Below, in pieces: positions 47,280 to 58,195 of a stretch of DNA of 64,000 nucleotides. How positions within the stretch are numbered: position 1 is the stretch's first letter; every line of letters starts with the position of its first letter. This DNA comes from a virus. Lineage: Duplodnaviria > Caudoviricetes. The position numbers were made by a program, and so were the translations under genes. Below the pieces are notes generated by a model. It was not told the origin of the DNA and ran no database searches. It saw only the letters and a program-made list of their open reading frames with translations. Where the stretch lies: the IMG/VR virus record IMGVR_UViG_3300026101_000001, positions 19,407-83,406 of that record, one strand, 5' to 3'.

Positions 47280-48167
47280 ATGTATTTTAAAAACGCAAAG
47301 ATTTATTCACTCACTCAAAATGTAGACTTGTCTAACCTTGTGCCAGCGCTAGAGGCAATCCCCTTTCACCCTTGCGGTTCGCATACCCTAGCCTCTTTAG
47401 GTTTTGCGCCTATCATTGGTTCGTTGCTGGCTCATGAGGTTCAAGGTATTTACACGGTTAAGCTTTTGAAAGAAAGCAAGATACTCCCTGCTCGAGTTAT
47501 CAACCGTGAGTTAGAAGAAAAAGTTAAGCTTATTGAAGCGGAAACGGGATCACCGGTTGGGAAAAAACAGCGCCAAGACTTAAAAGAAGAGATAGTCACA
47601 CTTCTAACACCGCGTGCGTTCACAGACCAAACCTCGACTATTGGCACAATCATCCCAGAGCATAAACTAGTGTTAGTGAATGCCTCTTCAGATGGTGAGG
47701 CAGAAATCTTCCTTGCGGTACTTCGCAAAGCGCTAGGTAGTTTACCGTTAGTTCCATTCGCAAGACGGTCTCTCGCTTCAGACCTAACAAGCTGGATTGT
47801 TAATGGCCACCCTGACAAATTTGAATTGCTCGAAGAGACTGAGCTTCAAGCCACAGATGAGACCAAAGCGGTTATCCGTGCAAAAAATCAAGAACTCGAC
47901 TCAGAAGAAATTCAACTGTGTTTAGACTCAGGCAAGCTCGTTCAGAAACTTGCTGTCAGTTATGACGACCAATTGACCGCTATGCTCTGTGAAGATGGTT
48001 CTGTTAAGCGTATCAAGTACTCAGATCGCTTGATTGAAGAAAGTGACGATATTCCTAAGGACCAACAGGAAGCGCGTCTCGATTCAGAAATCTATCTCGG
48101 GGCCAGTGCACTTCTATCGTTAGCGCTGGACCTTAAAGCGGCGTTTAGCTTAGATGCGGATGAGTAA
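47280..48167 (+). CDS. rdgC: Recombination-associated protein RdgC
   Basis: 'MYFKNAKIY', 'ESKILPARVI', 'LLTPRAF', 'LRKALGSLP', 'GKLVQKLA'. Confidence 0.93.
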   Translation: MYFKNAKIYSLTQNVDLSNLVPALEAIPFHPCGSHTLASLGFAPIIGSLLAHEVQGIYTVKLLKESKILPARVINRELEEKVKLIEAETGSPVGKKQRQDLKEEIVTLLTPRAFTDQTSTIGTIIPEHKLVLVNASSDGEAEIFLAVLRKALGSLPLVPFARRSLASDLTSWIVNGHPDKFELLEETELQATDETKAVIRAKNQELDSEEIQLCLDSGKLVQKLAVSYDDQLTAMLCEDGSVKRIKYSDRLIEESDDIPKDQQEARLDSEIYLGASALLSLALDLKAAFSLDADE

Positions 48168-48175
48168 GGAGATTG

Positions 48176-48577
48176 ATGATGCCATACGTACCACCAATGC
48201 AAAAAGTTGATGAAGTTTTACCAGAAGCAAGTTCAGGTACACCAATGCCGGAAGTTAAAGGGTATAACCCTGATATAAAAGTAAAGACTGCTTTTAGTAA
48301 AGAAATCATCGAACAAACGGTGGCTTTCCCCCGTCAAGAATCGTTATTCAATCATATAACGAAGCAAATCGTTTTCTTACAAGACGAGGGGATTAACCAA
48401 GCGTTGTATAAGCTGGGATACCTTAGCCCCAAGCAACTGATTGCACTTAAAGACGCATACTTCGCTGCGAAACACAACGAAGGGGGTGTTCAGCGTGTTA
48501 TGGCTGAGTTAGGTAAGTTGTTTGATGAATCGGCTATACCTGTGAGGTCTTCTGAAGAAGACCAAGAGTGGCAGTAA
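48176..48577 (+). CDS. Hypothetical protein
   Basis: Variant motif GGAGATTGATGATG. Confidence 0.7.
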   Translation: MMPYVPPMQKVDEVLPEASSGTPMPEVKGYNPDIKVKTAFSKEIIEQTVAFPRQESLFNHITKQIVFLQDEGINQALYKLGYLSPKQLIALKDAYFAAKHNEGGVQRVMAELGKLFDESAIPVRSSEEDQEWQ

Positions 48578-51451
48578 ATGTACTCGCAAATTAACGAGAG
48601 AACTGGATTAGTCGAGCAATTGGTTGATGCTCGTAACGTCCATGTTCTCGAGGAAATCAAAGCCAAAATTAACCAAATGGGACAGCCTGTGGGTTTCGAT
48701 ATCGAAACCCATGATGCTGACAGGCACAAAGGCCTGAACCAATACATGAAGTTAAACAAAGACGACGAGGACTATCGTAACCCTAAGAAGCTGGTCTTTG
48801 ATATCAATAGAACAACGGTGACGGGCTTTTCTCTGTATATCCGAGGGGATAATACTGTTTATTATGCAAACGCCGCTCACGCCGATGCAGACAACCGTAT
48901 AGCGCCGGATGTTGTACGTAGTTTTGTTCAGTATATGGCAGACCATCCGCTGAAGATAATTCATAACTACCCTTTTGAGCGGACGATGTGTTTAAAAAGC
49001 TTAGGTATCGACTTAGGTTGGAACTACGTAGACACGCTTCAAATGGCGGTATCTGCGTACAATTCAGACCAGTATGATATTGAGGTGTTTCGCCAGTCGG
49101 ACCTATTAGGGATTAAGAAACTTATCCCTCAGATTCGCCGCACTTTCGCTGGGGTTCAAGACTTTAGGAAGTTAGATACAGCTCAGCAAGAACTTTTACA
49201 AAAGATCTTGGGTAAAGACTCAAAAGCAGACCATAGTTATAACGGATTTGTTAAATCGATTAACTATGGGTACAACCTAAAGCAGATCACAGAGCGTATC
49301 TTTGGCTACAAACAAACGTCATTTAAAGATGCTCTGCAAGGTAAAGCCCATATGGGTCTACTTACCGGTGAAGAAGTTCTTCACTACGGTGCGGACGATG
49401 CTTACTGGTGTGTACGTATTTATGATTGGCTTTGCCAGTTCATGCAGAACACGAACCCTGAAGTGTTACGCACGTTCTTCGAGCAAGAAAATCCAATGTG
49501 TTACGTCTACTCGGATTGCTGGGTTAAAGGCTGGCGTGTTAATAAAGACGCGGTTCTTTCCCGCCGTGAAACGGAACGCGCCAACTACATCGAAGTGATT
49601 AAGGAGTTAGGCGAACTACTTCAAACCTTAGAGTTCCCCGAGGCCCCTGCCCCGCGGCTCTATCAGAAACAACCGAAATGGTATGTCGGTAAGGAAGGTA
49701 TTTCTTACCAGCGCTATCGGGACAAGATATTGTTTCTAAAAGAGGGTTATGCGGACTTTACCCAAGCATATGACCAAGATATGGCTGTCGAGGACTTCGA
49801 TTTTGCGACACTAACCTCAGGGCCGGTTTCAATACCCTGGATGGAAGAAGAAAAGTTCAAGCTCAAAAAGAAGGAACTAGACTTACGCGGCAACTTCTCG
49901 CATTACATGGTACAGCGCACGTTATTTCACGACTTATTGTATCTGCCGTTCGTTTATATCAAAGGCGATATCAAAACGGATGCGGAGGCACGCGGTAAGC
50001 TGATTGAGTTTGCTGAGCGTTTAGGTTCTGACCCCGCACTTTGGGTCAAGGAATGGAAACGCTATGGCCAGTTAGCCGAGCTGCCGGACGAAACGTTACA
50101 AGTCCTGGCTCAACAGTGTTGTGACCAGTATCCAACGGACACCGCTAAGCAGATTATTAACGCTATTAATAAGCTGGCTCAGATAGAACAGCGAATGAAG
50201 TTGTATATCACGAACTATTTGCTACTTACGGACCCTGATACAGACCGCATGTACCCGATTATTAGTTCGCGACTTAACACACGCCGAATGGCCGCTGAGA
50301 ACCCTAACCCGATGCAGCTAAGTAAACGTGGTGAATCTACCTATATTCGTGGGTTCTTCTTACCGCACAGAGACGACCATTTGTTGGTGGCTGTGGATTG
50401 GTCTCAGGTAGAACTTGTGTTGATTGGGGAGTTAAGTAAAGACCCTAACTTCCAGAAGGCTTATGGCCAGATACCTTACGATGATTTGCATTTAGGTGCG
50501 GCTACTTCAGCAATCAAGGTTTTCTACCCTGATTTTACTTCGGGGATGTTGGCCAGCGTGAAGAACCTAGAGGGTCAAGAATTAGAAGCGTTCAAACTGC
50601 AGTACTCTCGAGTGCTTATTGACCCAGTTAAAAACGCAGCGCTTGAGCCTTACGAAGTTGCTAAGTGGTGGCGTGGTTCAGCGGGTAAGCCTTCTAACTT
50701 TGGTTACTGGTACTCGGGCTCTCTAATGACGGTGCAAGATAAACTAGGTTGGACGTCGGATGAAATGTGGGCGGGTACCGACAATTACCGAGATACCTTC
50801 CCTGTTGCTGAACAATGGAGAATAAACACTCAGCGCGAGATTGAAGTACAAGGTTACGTTGATATCTTTGATGGCCACAGACGTTACAAGTATGAAGGTA
50901 CCAACGATTGGTTCTATCACTTCACGGCTAAGTGGGATGCGTATAATGACCCTGTGTTATCACAGTTCGGCGCGTTTATCGCTAAGAAGATTCAACGTAG
51001 AGCTGGGAACCAAGCGGTAAACGCTAAGATTCAAGGTGGTTGTGCAACGTTAGCCAAGCGCTCGATGCTCAAACTATGGCACGAGATTAATGCCCCAGAT
51101 ACAAAATGGGACGCAGATATCGTAATGCCTATTCACGATGAATTAGTATTTAGTGTACGATGGGACCAAGCTGTTGATTTTGGTCAACGCATACTCGAAG
51201 TGATGTGTAGTCACCCTGACTTAGTGAGCTGGCTGAAACTAGATGGTACCGTTTCAGTTGGTCGCACGCTCGAGCCGTATCACCCAACCAAGGCCCCGTT
51301 CGGTCAAGTCGAACTAGACGAAGCACCGGAGCTTGAAGGGTATATTCCAAAGGAACTGAAAGATACTAAGCTCACCACGGAATACCGACATAATGTTGTT
51401 GCTTATCTTATGGGACACGAACCTGTAGTTGCTGTGGAGGTGGCCGCATGA
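48578..51451 (+). CDS. Family A DNA polymerase with 3'-5' exonuclease
   Basis: Exo 'FDIET', 'HNYPFE', 'YGADD'; pol 'DWSQVEL', 'KPSNFGYWY', 'IHDELVF'. Confidence 0.95.
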   Translation: MYSQINERTGLVEQLVDARNVHVLEEIKAKINQMGQPVGFDIETHDADRHKGLNQYMKLNKDDEDYRNPKKLVFDINRTTVTGFSLYIRGDNTVYYANAAHADADNRIAPDVVRSFVQYMADHPLKIIHNYPFERTMCLKSLGIDLGWNYVDTLQMAVSAYNSDQYDIEVFRQSDLLGIKKLIPQIRRTFAGVQDFRKLDTAQQELLQKILGKDSKADHSYNGFVKSINYGYNLKQITERIFGYKQTSFKDALQGKAHMGLLTGEEVLHYGADDAYWCVRIYDWLCQFMQNTNPEVLRTFFEQENPMCYVYSDCWVKGWRVNKDAVLSRRETERANYIEVIKELGELLQTLEFPEAPAPRLYQKQPKWYVGKEGISYQRYRDKILFLKEGYADFTQAYDQDMAVEDFDFATLTSGPVSIPWMEEEKFKLKKKELDLRGNFSHYMVQRTLFHDLLYLPFVYIKGDIKTDAEARGKLIEFAERLGSDPALWVKEWKRYGQLAELPDETLQVLAQQCCDQYPTDTAKQIINAINKLAQIEQRMKLYITNYLLLTDPDTDRMYPIISSRLNTRRMAAENPNPMQLSKRGESTYIRGFFLPHRDDHLLVAVDWSQVELVLIGELSKDPNFQKAYGQIPYDDLHLGAATSAIKVFYPDFTSGMLASVKNLEGQELEAFKLQYSRVLIDPVKNAALEPYEVAKWWRGSAGKPSNFGYWYSGSLMTVQDKLGWTSDEMWAGTDNYRDTFPVAEQWRINTQREIEVQGYVDIFDGHRRYKYEGTNDWFYHFTAKWDAYNDPVLSQFGAFIAKKIQRRAGNQAVNAKIQGGCATLAKRSMLKLWHEINAPDTKWDADIVMPIHDELVFSVRWDQAVDFGQRILEVMCSHPDLVSWLKLDGTVSVGRTLEPYHPTKAPFGQVELDEAPELEGYIPKELKDTKLTTEYRHNVVAYLMGHEPVVAVEVAA

Positions 51452-51651
51452 GTTCGCATATTCCTGGGGTGATAGTACAGCACACTCCTGAGGCTGAATT
51501 CTGTTGTGGTTCTTTGTGTGATAAGTCTCGGCTTATCACACAAATAAGTAGCCAGATAGAACGGGCCTTATTACTTGAACATGCGTTGCGGGAACTAAAC
51601 CCGCAACATCCTTTACTGAGAGAAACACATGGCCCCAGCAACCGGAAATAA
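51448..51651 (+). CDS. Hypothetical protein
   Basis: ATGA overlap. Confidence 0.5.
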   Translation: MSSHIPGVIVQHTPEAEFCCGSLCDKSRLITQISSQIERALLLEHALRELNPQHPLLRETHGPSNRK

Positions 51652-52315
51652 TTTACCAGCTCCGTTTTCGTATCTACTTGGAAAACACTGGTGCACGCTA
51701 GATACTGAAACGACAGGTATAGGCCATGGCCATCAAATCGTAGAAATTGCGGTAAAAGATGGTCTAACCGGAAAAGTATTACTCGATACGCTGGTACGCC
51801 CTACTAGAGATATCGACCCTAAAGCACAAGCTGTTCACGGTATTAGCCTTCAGACTTGTGCTTTGGCTCCCACTTGGCCAGAAGTTCGCTATAAGCTGAT
51901 GGAAGCGGTAAAGGGAAAGACCGTGATCATTTATAACGCGAACTTCGATATCCAAATGCTGGTGCAAACCAATGCGGCGTGGAATATTAACTGTAACGGT
52001 TACTTTGGTGCTAAAGAGTACTTCTGTGCTATGACAGAGTACTCGAGACGAGCGCGTATCTACAATCACCTTCATGGCCGCAACCGCAGCTTTAAGCTTG
52101 TAGATGCCGCAGCACTAGAAGGTATTACGCCCAAAGGAACGCTACATCGCGCCGTTGCTGATTGTGACCTAACTTATGATTTGGTGCACAAGATAATGTC
52201 TGAATTCGTGGTTTCCGCTAACGAACCCGAGTTTGAGGAACTAGGACTGGAGTTTGACGACCCGCAGTGGGAAGAAGTTGATATGCCGGACGCAGAACCT
52301 TGGAGAGAATTTTGA
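51629..52315 (+). CDS. DEDDh 3'-5' exonuclease (DnaQ-like)
   Basis: 'LDTETTG', 'YNANFD', 'HRAVADC'. Confidence 0.92.
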   Translation: MAPATGNNLPAPFSYLLGKHWCTLDTETTGIGHGHQIVEIAVKDGLTGKVLLDTLVRPTRDIDPKAQAVHGISLQTCALAPTWPEVRYKLMEAVKGKTVIIYNANFDIQMLVQTNAAWNINCNGYFGAKEYFCAMTEYSRRARIYNHLHGRNRSFKLVDAAALEGITPKGTLHRAVADCDLTYDLVHKIMSEFVVSANEPEFEELGLEFDDPQWEEVDMPDAEPWREF

Positions 52316-52521
52316 ATACCGAACTAGAGTTTTACGTTTGGGGTTTATGGGTAGCGCTGTTAATTACAGCGCTATATATTATCCCCCGCTATATACGAGA
52401 GCGAATCGCTAAATCTAAGAAAATGGCTCTAGGTTCAGAACCTTATGAACCGTTTCAAGAACCAAAGCCGGAGAACGACCTTACAACCATTGAGAAAAAC
52501 GATTCAGGAAGACTAATCTGA
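52300..52521 (+). CDS. Small single-TM protein
   Basis: 'FYVWGLWVALLITALYII'. Confidence 0.5.
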   Translation: MERILNTELEFYVWGLWVALLITALYIIPRYIRERIAKSKKMALGSEPYEPFQEPKPENDLTTIEKNDSGRLI

Positions 52522-52610
52522 TTAATAAAAACCCAGTTAGTTTGCCAGCAACTCACTTGATTACTTTTTATAATACTGGTCTCATACTTAAAAATTAAAG
52601 GAAATTGACG

Positions 52611-53219
52611 ATGATATTTTACGGTATTAAATATAACTTTTTAACGCCTGAAATCTTTAAAAAGTTTTTCAGCGATATTAATGACTTCAGAACCGCTTTT
52701 GACTTGCCAATAGGTGTGCCCGATAGCGCACAAGACTATCAACTACACTTCGACTTATATCGCGAAGAAATGCGGGAGCTTTTCAGCGCAGAAACCCGAG
52801 TAGATAAAATAGATGCTATTGTGGATAGCCTCTATGTGTTGTTTGGTAAATATGTTCAGTTCGATATCGTTCTAGACGAACAAGAACCTTGTGAACTCAA
52901 CGTTGTAGAAACACTTCTATCAGCTTCCGAAGAAATAAACTTCGATATCCTAAAAGCCTGGGATATTGTTCATCACTCGAATATGAGTAAGCTATGTAAC
53001 GATGATAACGTGCAAGCGACACTCGACCACTACACCGCATTGGGTGTTAGTGTTGAAGCAAAACCTGTAACACTTACCAATAAAAATAAAAATGAAGGTA
53101 CCGCGCTGTGGGCCGTTAAGGTCAAAGAAGCTAGTACCGATAAAGATGGTAAAAGCTATGCTGCTGGCAAAGTGCTTAAGTCTGTTGATTACACCCCTGC
53201 AGACCTAAGTAAACTTTGA
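52611..53219 (+). CDS. MazG-like NTP pyrophosphohydrolase
   Basis: 'REEMREL', 'DAIVDSLYV', 'HHSNMSK'. Confidence 0.8.
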   Translation: MIFYGIKYNFLTPEIFKKFFSDINDFRTAFDLPIGVPDSAQDYQLHFDLYREEMRELFSAETRVDKIDAIVDSLYVLFGKYVQFDIVLDEQEPCELNVVETLLSASEEINFDILKAWDIVHHSNMSKLCNDDNVQATLDHYTALGVSVEAKPVTLTNKNKNEGTALWAVKVKEASTDKDGKSYAAGKVLKSVDYTPADLSKL

Positions 53220-53269
53220 TGAAGTCGGCTCTCACTTAGAGGGCCGCTACAATTTGGATTGAATTGACG

Positions 53270-56200
53270 ATGGCTAACCAAGTAGAACAACCGTTTTACC
53301 TGACACTTTTTACGAACTCCACCGGAGTGCTCACCAAAGAGCTACGAATGGAGCATGGTAAAATTGTAAGTGATGCACCTAAGATGGTGACAGGTACAGC
53401 AAAACGAGTGCAGCTAACACTCTCACAGTTACCCGATTTTATAAAAAGCCTAGAGCCTAACCAGTGTTTTACCCCTGGCGTTATGGATACGGACCACGAG
53501 TTTGTAGAGGTCCTAACCAGTAACGAGTTTGAGCGCCGTGGCTATGAATATCCAGTGCACGTAGATGAAACCGGTGTGTATGGCACACGTTCTTCGAAAT
53601 CTATGATCACAAAAGGTCCAAGTCTAATCCTATTCGATTATGATAAAGACGAGCACGCTAAGCTAAAAATTACCAATCCTGAAGATTTCCTAACGCATCT
53701 GAATAGTGCGGTTCCAGAATTAGAACTAAACAACACGGACTATATCAGAACTTACAGTACTTCAACGTCATTGTTTGACAAAGAAACCAATAAAGTAATT
53801 CGCCCCGCAGATGGCTTCCATATTTATATGCTCGTTGATAAAGGGGAAGATATTGCTCGGTTTGGTAAAATGCTTGAGAAGCGCTGCTGGATGGCGGGTT
53901 TAGGCCACATTAAAGTAAGTGCCAGCGGTGGACGACTACCAAGAACGATTTTTGATACCTCAGTTTTCCAGCCGGAACGTCTATGTTTCGAAGCCGGTGC
54001 CTTCATCAAACTAAAAGAATCGTTCTACCAGAAGTTACCAAAAGGTGAAATTAACCGCAGAGCTAAACGCTCTTTAAAAACCACACTGCTTAAGGATTAC
54101 ACCCCAACTCAAGATAAAGAATTCCGTCGTGTGGTTGAGCTGGAAAAGCAATCTGAGGACGTTATAAACCGTGTCTCTGAATTCAGAGAAATCAAAGTTC
54201 AGCGAATGGTGAACACCACGCATTACACTCAGATGCCGCTTTCTCGTGACGAGGCCATGAAGATTGTTAAAGCGCATGAGAACAAAATACTTCACCCCGC
54301 AGATATTCTTGAATTTGAGGATGGTCGTGTTACCAGTGTGCTTGAAGCGTTTTTAAATCCAACGCTTTACGATGGTGCTCAGTTGCAAGACCCACTACGT
54401 CCTGAGAAAGGTTATTCAAAAGCTAAGTTCTACGCTAACGCTGGGCGCTATGGTGATTACAATCCTACGATTCACTCGTTTGTAGAAGGTGAGCGAAACT
54501 TTGAGCTGCGTGAGTCTATCGAAACCTTTATGAGTAAGACCGAGGACACCGAATCTAGACTGGAAGAATTCGACAACAAGGCAATGGTTATAGATCAGCG
54601 CTATCTACCGGAGCTAAGACTACGCCCAGGTATTACACTTGTTAAAAGTGAGAAAGGTACTGGTAAGACTTATATGCTGAAGCAACAGGTACAAGACTTC
54701 GATGGTCGAGTTATCGCTATCAGCCAGCTAATCTCGTTAGTTAACTCACTCTCTAAGCAGTTCAATCTTGCAGACTATAACGAAATAGAAAGCGAACGGT
54801 TGCACTCCTTACGTATGCAGAAGCGCTTAGGTATCTGTCTTAACTCGATATACAAGCTACAAGGCCAGAACTACGACATTGTGATCATGGATGAGGTTTG
54901 TCAGCTTGTGCGTGCGATAAAAGCGACAACCGTTGATAAGCCGGCAGCATGCTTAAAAGTCTTACGTGAGATTATTGCGGGAGCAAAGTTCGTAGTCTGT
55001 ATGGACGCCGACTTGAACAAAGAGTTCGTGGACCTAATGAGAGACCCGCAATTTGGTATCCTCCCTGAAGACCGCACGATTAACGTTATCGTTAATAAGT
55101 ACCGTCCGGCAAAGGAACAACAGCGACAAGTGACCTTGTACCAAGATACCGATGGTAAAGGGGATACTTCAGCGTTCGTAGAAGCTTTGATGTGTGAGGC
55201 TAAAACTACCGGCCTATTCTACGCTTCGAATTCTAAAGTGGATGTGCTTAAGAAAGCGGCCACGATTATTGAGGAAATGGGTGGGGATAGTCAGCTAGAG
55301 CATGAACACTTCATGACGGAGATTAATGGTCGTCGTGTTATCACCATAACGAGTAACAATTCTCAGACACCAGATGTACAAGCCTTTATTCGTGATTTGA
55401 ACGGCAACTTAAAAGATGATGATATTTTTATGTCTTCGCCTTCTATGGGTACCGGCCACTCAATCGATGCGACTGAAATGGGTGCGAAGTTTAAAAAGAC
55501 GTTCGCGTTTTTCACAAAGATGGCGGGTAATTTACCTTCGGATTGTTTGCAGCATATGAGCCGCGTTCGTGAGTGTACCGACTACCATATTATGTACCTT
55601 GATAATGCGAGACGTTACCCTACCGCGCCTTTAGAAATCGTTCAAAAAGAGATATACGGAAATCGTAACACCATAGATAACAAACTAAGTGTGCAGTTTA
55701 TTTCTGAATATGATTATGCAACCGAACGTTTGAAAATAAATGACCATGGTTGGTCGGACTGGTATGGCCAACTCAAGAGTTTTGAAAATAATAAACTCAA
55801 TCACTTTTCTAAAAATTTGATAAACGCTTTAGAAAATGAAGGTTACAACATCAACACGCTTTATACGCTGGCCTCTGAAGAAGGCTACAATTTGAAAATG
55901 TTGATGGATGAACTTACAGATCAGATTCGAGAAGTTGAAAAACAAAAGCTTAGGGATACTGAGCTGTTAACGGACGAAGAATTTGAAATTTTAGATAACC
56001 AGACTTTGAAAAACGCAGAGGAACAACGACAGCTACTTAAGAAACGTCAAGCGCGACTCTTTGGCCTCGAGGCTGGGGATGAACTGAACGATGTAGTTAC
56101 TATGTCAACACAGGCTCTCAATGGTAGACGCAAGGGTTTGATGCTGGGTGCTAACAATGACGACCTGTTCCTTATCGATATGATTAATCGTTTCGATACT

Positions 56201-56773
56201 AAGCGACACGATAAAGATAAAACGGCGTTTGCAGATCACCAAGGCTTGGGCCGTGGCTTCTTTTACCATTTAGGTGTGATATTTCTAAATGATATCCCCA
56301 CCTACGATGGCCGAGAAATAACAGATTTAGAAAAAGACCGCGCTTTTGATTTTCTATTAGCCCATGCAAGGGATTTAGAAATCCTTCAAGGTATCCGCAT
56401 TCCTTTATGTGATACCGACAAGAAGCGTCATGAGTTCGTTCGCCGCGTTCTTACTTCGTTTGGTATGAAATATCGTAGAGAAAAGAAACGTGTAGGTGTC
56501 CGTTCAGTTTATAAATATTATTTAGATGATGAACGTTTTAATCGCTGGGTTGAGGATGTGAGAAGGGCTAAAGAGCTCTCCCACAGTACGATGTTCACAG
56601 GTCTTGAAGAAGTGCCAGGAAATTTGAAAGCCTATGTATTTCAAGCTTTGGCTGGGTCTCCGCAAGTTTCTGAATTACATCCATATATTTCTAAATTACA
56701 TCCAGAAATTCAAAACCGACTTATCAACTTACTTAATAATAAATTGTTTGTCGTTACTACTAACGTTGCATAA
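53270..56773 (+). CDS. AEP primase fused to SF2 (origin-binding protein-like) helicase
   Basis: AEP 'LFDYD', 'GFHIY', 'FDTS'; SF2 'SEKGTGKT', 'MDEV', 'MDAD', 'SPSMGTG', 'QHMSRVR'. Confidence 0.8.
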   Translation: MANQVEQPFYLTLFTNSTGVLTKELRMEHGKIVSDAPKMVTGTAKRVQLTLSQLPDFIKSLEPNQCFTPGVMDTDHEFVEVLTSNEFERRGYEYPVHVDETGVYGTRSSKSMITKGPSLILFDYDKDEHAKLKITNPEDFLTHLNSAVPELELNNTDYIRTYSTSTSLFDKETNKVIRPADGFHIYMLVDKGEDIARFGKMLEKRCWMAGLGHIKVSASGGRLPRTIFDTSVFQPERLCFEAGAFIKLKESFYQKLPKGEINRRAKRSLKTTLLKDYTPTQDKEFRRVVELEKQSEDVINRVSEFREIKVQRMVNTTHYTQMPLSRDEAMKIVKAHENKILHPADILEFEDGRVTSVLEAFLNPTLYDGAQLQDPLRPEKGYSKAKFYANAGRYGDYNPTIHSFVEGERNFELRESIETFMSKTEDTESRLEEFDNKAMVIDQRYLPELRLRPGITLVKSEKGTGKTYMLKQQVQDFDGRVIAISQLISLVNSLSKQFNLADYNEIESERLHSLRMQKRLGICLNSIYKLQGQNYDIVIMDEVCQLVRAIKATTVDKPAACLKVLREIIAGAKFVVCMDADLNKEFVDLMRDPQFGILPEDRTINVIVNKYRPAKEQQRQVTLYQDTDGKGDTSAFVEALMCEAKTTGLFYASNSKVDVLKKAATIIEEMGGDSQLEHEHFMTEINGRRVITITSNNSQTPDVQAFIRDLNGNLKDDDIFMSSPSMGTGHSIDATEMGAKFKKTFAFFTKMAGNLPSDCLQHMSRVRECTDYHIMYLDNARRYPTAPLEIVQKEIYGNRNTIDNKLSVQFISEYDYATERLKINDHGWSDWYGQLKSFENNKLNHFSKNLINALENEGYNINTLYTLASEEGYNLKMLMDELTDQIREVEKQKLRDTELLTDEEFEILDNQTLKNAEEQRQLLKKRQARLFGLEAGDELNDVVTMSTQALNGRRKGLMLGANNDDLFLIDMINRFDTKRHDKDKTAFADHQGLGRGFFYHLGVIFLNDIPTYDGREITDLEKDRAFDFLLAHARDLEILQGIRIPLCDTDKKRHEFVRRVLTSFGMKYRREKKRVGVRSVYKYYLDDERFNRWVEDVRRAKELSHSTMFTGLEEVPGNLKAYVFQALAGSPQVSELHPYISKLHPEIQNRLINLLNNKLFVVTTNVA

Positions 56774-56866
56774 CGCTGTATTATTAAGCATAATACCTAT
56801 TAATTAATATAATAATTATAAAGGTTCCACTAGGAGCCTTTTTAAATATGAATTGACGAGTTGAGC

Positions 56867-57373
56867 ATGGATAACGCCACTTTTGGAATTGACGGTGTAA
56901 GCCTTAAATATAATTCTAAAAAATTACAATTTGAAAAACCTATCCATTGCTGGCTTTGGGTGGTCACCTATTGTCGTAAAAATAAATTCCGAATCTTAAC
57001 TAACAAACCGTTAAGCAGGGAGATTTATGAGCAACTTCGTGCGGTTATTTCTCCTAAGAAAGTCAGCTCAAGAGAATTATACGATGCGATAGGCTTTCAC
57101 GTTAATTCTATAAAATACCTCAATCGTATTCGTACTGGTGCGCAGCGCTTTAACCTTTGGGGAAAGCCTGACGGTAGAGTAACCGAGTCCGAAGCGGACC
57201 ATGCTCGTAAGAGAATGGTTGAACTACATTCTATGTACTTACGCTCTCGACGTAAGAACAAGAAGCAAGGGATTATCATAAATCAGAAAGTGGGACGCGG
57301 CACACGCCAGTCAACATCAGATGATAAAGGTGATAAACCTAAAAGAGTATTAACTCTAAATAAAACAAAATAA
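56867..57373 (+). CDS. ProQ/FinO-family RNA chaperone
   Basis: 'KPLSREIYEQL...SSRELYDAIGFHVNSIKYLNRIRTGAQRFNLWGKPDGRVTESEADHARKRM' parallels ProQ 'PLKIGI..DL...Y....GA.R.DL.G...G.....EHA'; basic tail. Confidence 0.8.
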   Translation: MDNATFGIDGVSLKYNSKKLQFEKPIHCWLWVVTYCRKNKFRILTNKPLSREIYEQLRAVISPKKVSSRELYDAIGFHVNSIKYLNRIRTGAQRFNLWGKPDGRVTESEADHARKRMVELHSMYLRSRRKNKKQGIIINQKVGRGTRQSTSDDKGDKPKRVLTLNKTK

Positions 57374-57398
57374 GTTTTATACAATTAGGAAATTGACG

Positions 57399-57806
57399 AT
57401 GCAAAACACTGGTAAACCCTCCGAAGATATCTTCGAAGAGAATATGAAAGCGCTGGGCGCTCATGTATATCGCTTCGAAGACCATGCTGATGTAAACAAG
57501 TCTCGCGTTCGCAAACGTATCGTTTCATCAAAACCCTCAGACTATCTTGTTACCGAAAAAGGTTTAACGGCCTACGCGGAAGTAAAAAGTATTGCTGAAA
57601 GTTCCCGCTTTGATTTCTCTCGAATTGAGAAACGTCAATGGCGCGAAGCAACCAAGGTAACCAAAGCTGGGGGCCTCTACTACTTCTACCTCCATTTCAT
57701 AAGTATTGATGGGTGGTTTAAAGTCCCAGCATCCCTAATTCTAAGCTGGCCTAAGAAGTCTATGCGTTTTGAAGAACTCACGCAGTTCCAATTTACGTGG
57801 GGATAA
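57399..57806 (+). CDS. PD-(D/E)xK nuclease, Holliday junction resolvase-like
   Basis: 'SEDIF', 'PSDY', 'AEVKS'. Confidence 0.75.
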   Translation: MQNTGKPSEDIFEENMKALGAHVYRFEDHADVNKSRVRKRIVSSKPSDYLVTEKGLTAYAEVKSIAESSRFDFSRIEKRQWREATKVTKAGGLYYFYLHFISIDGWFKVPASLILSWPKKSMRFEELTQFQFTWG

Positions 57807-57810
57807 CCTT

Positions 57811-58185
57811 ATGCTTGAGGTTACTTGTGGATGGGCCTTACACGCTGAAACTGAGATTAATACTTTAATTTGGCGGAATGCTAGGCTGGCAAAGCTGGTT
57901 TTGTTGTGGCGAAGAGGACATATAACAGACCAGCATTTTATACCCCGAATTGTTCAACCTTGGGAACCAGATGAAGAATCCGAAGAGTTTGAGGACTTCA
58001 ATGAACTTAGGAACCCTAATGCGGCTTACCGAGTTTTATGCTTTGCTGTGCTGGGACACGCTGTTAGTGTCTATCCAGATATTAAAAGATTTGTACTCGA
58101 ATACTGGCCGTATTTTAGCCCAGATTTAAACTGGAAAATTAGAGTTAACTTTACTGAGGGCCAAGTCCCCTCAATTATTATTTAG
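57811..58185 (+). CDS. Hypothetical protein
   Basis: Operon position. Confidence 0.55.
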   Translation: MLEVTCGWALHAETEINTLIWRNARLAKLVLLWRRGHITDQHFIPRIVQPWEPDEESEEFEDFNELRNPNAAYRVLCFAVLGHAVSVYPDIKRFVLEYWPYFSPDLNWKIRVNFTEGQVPSIII

Positions 58186-58195
58186 GAAATTGACG

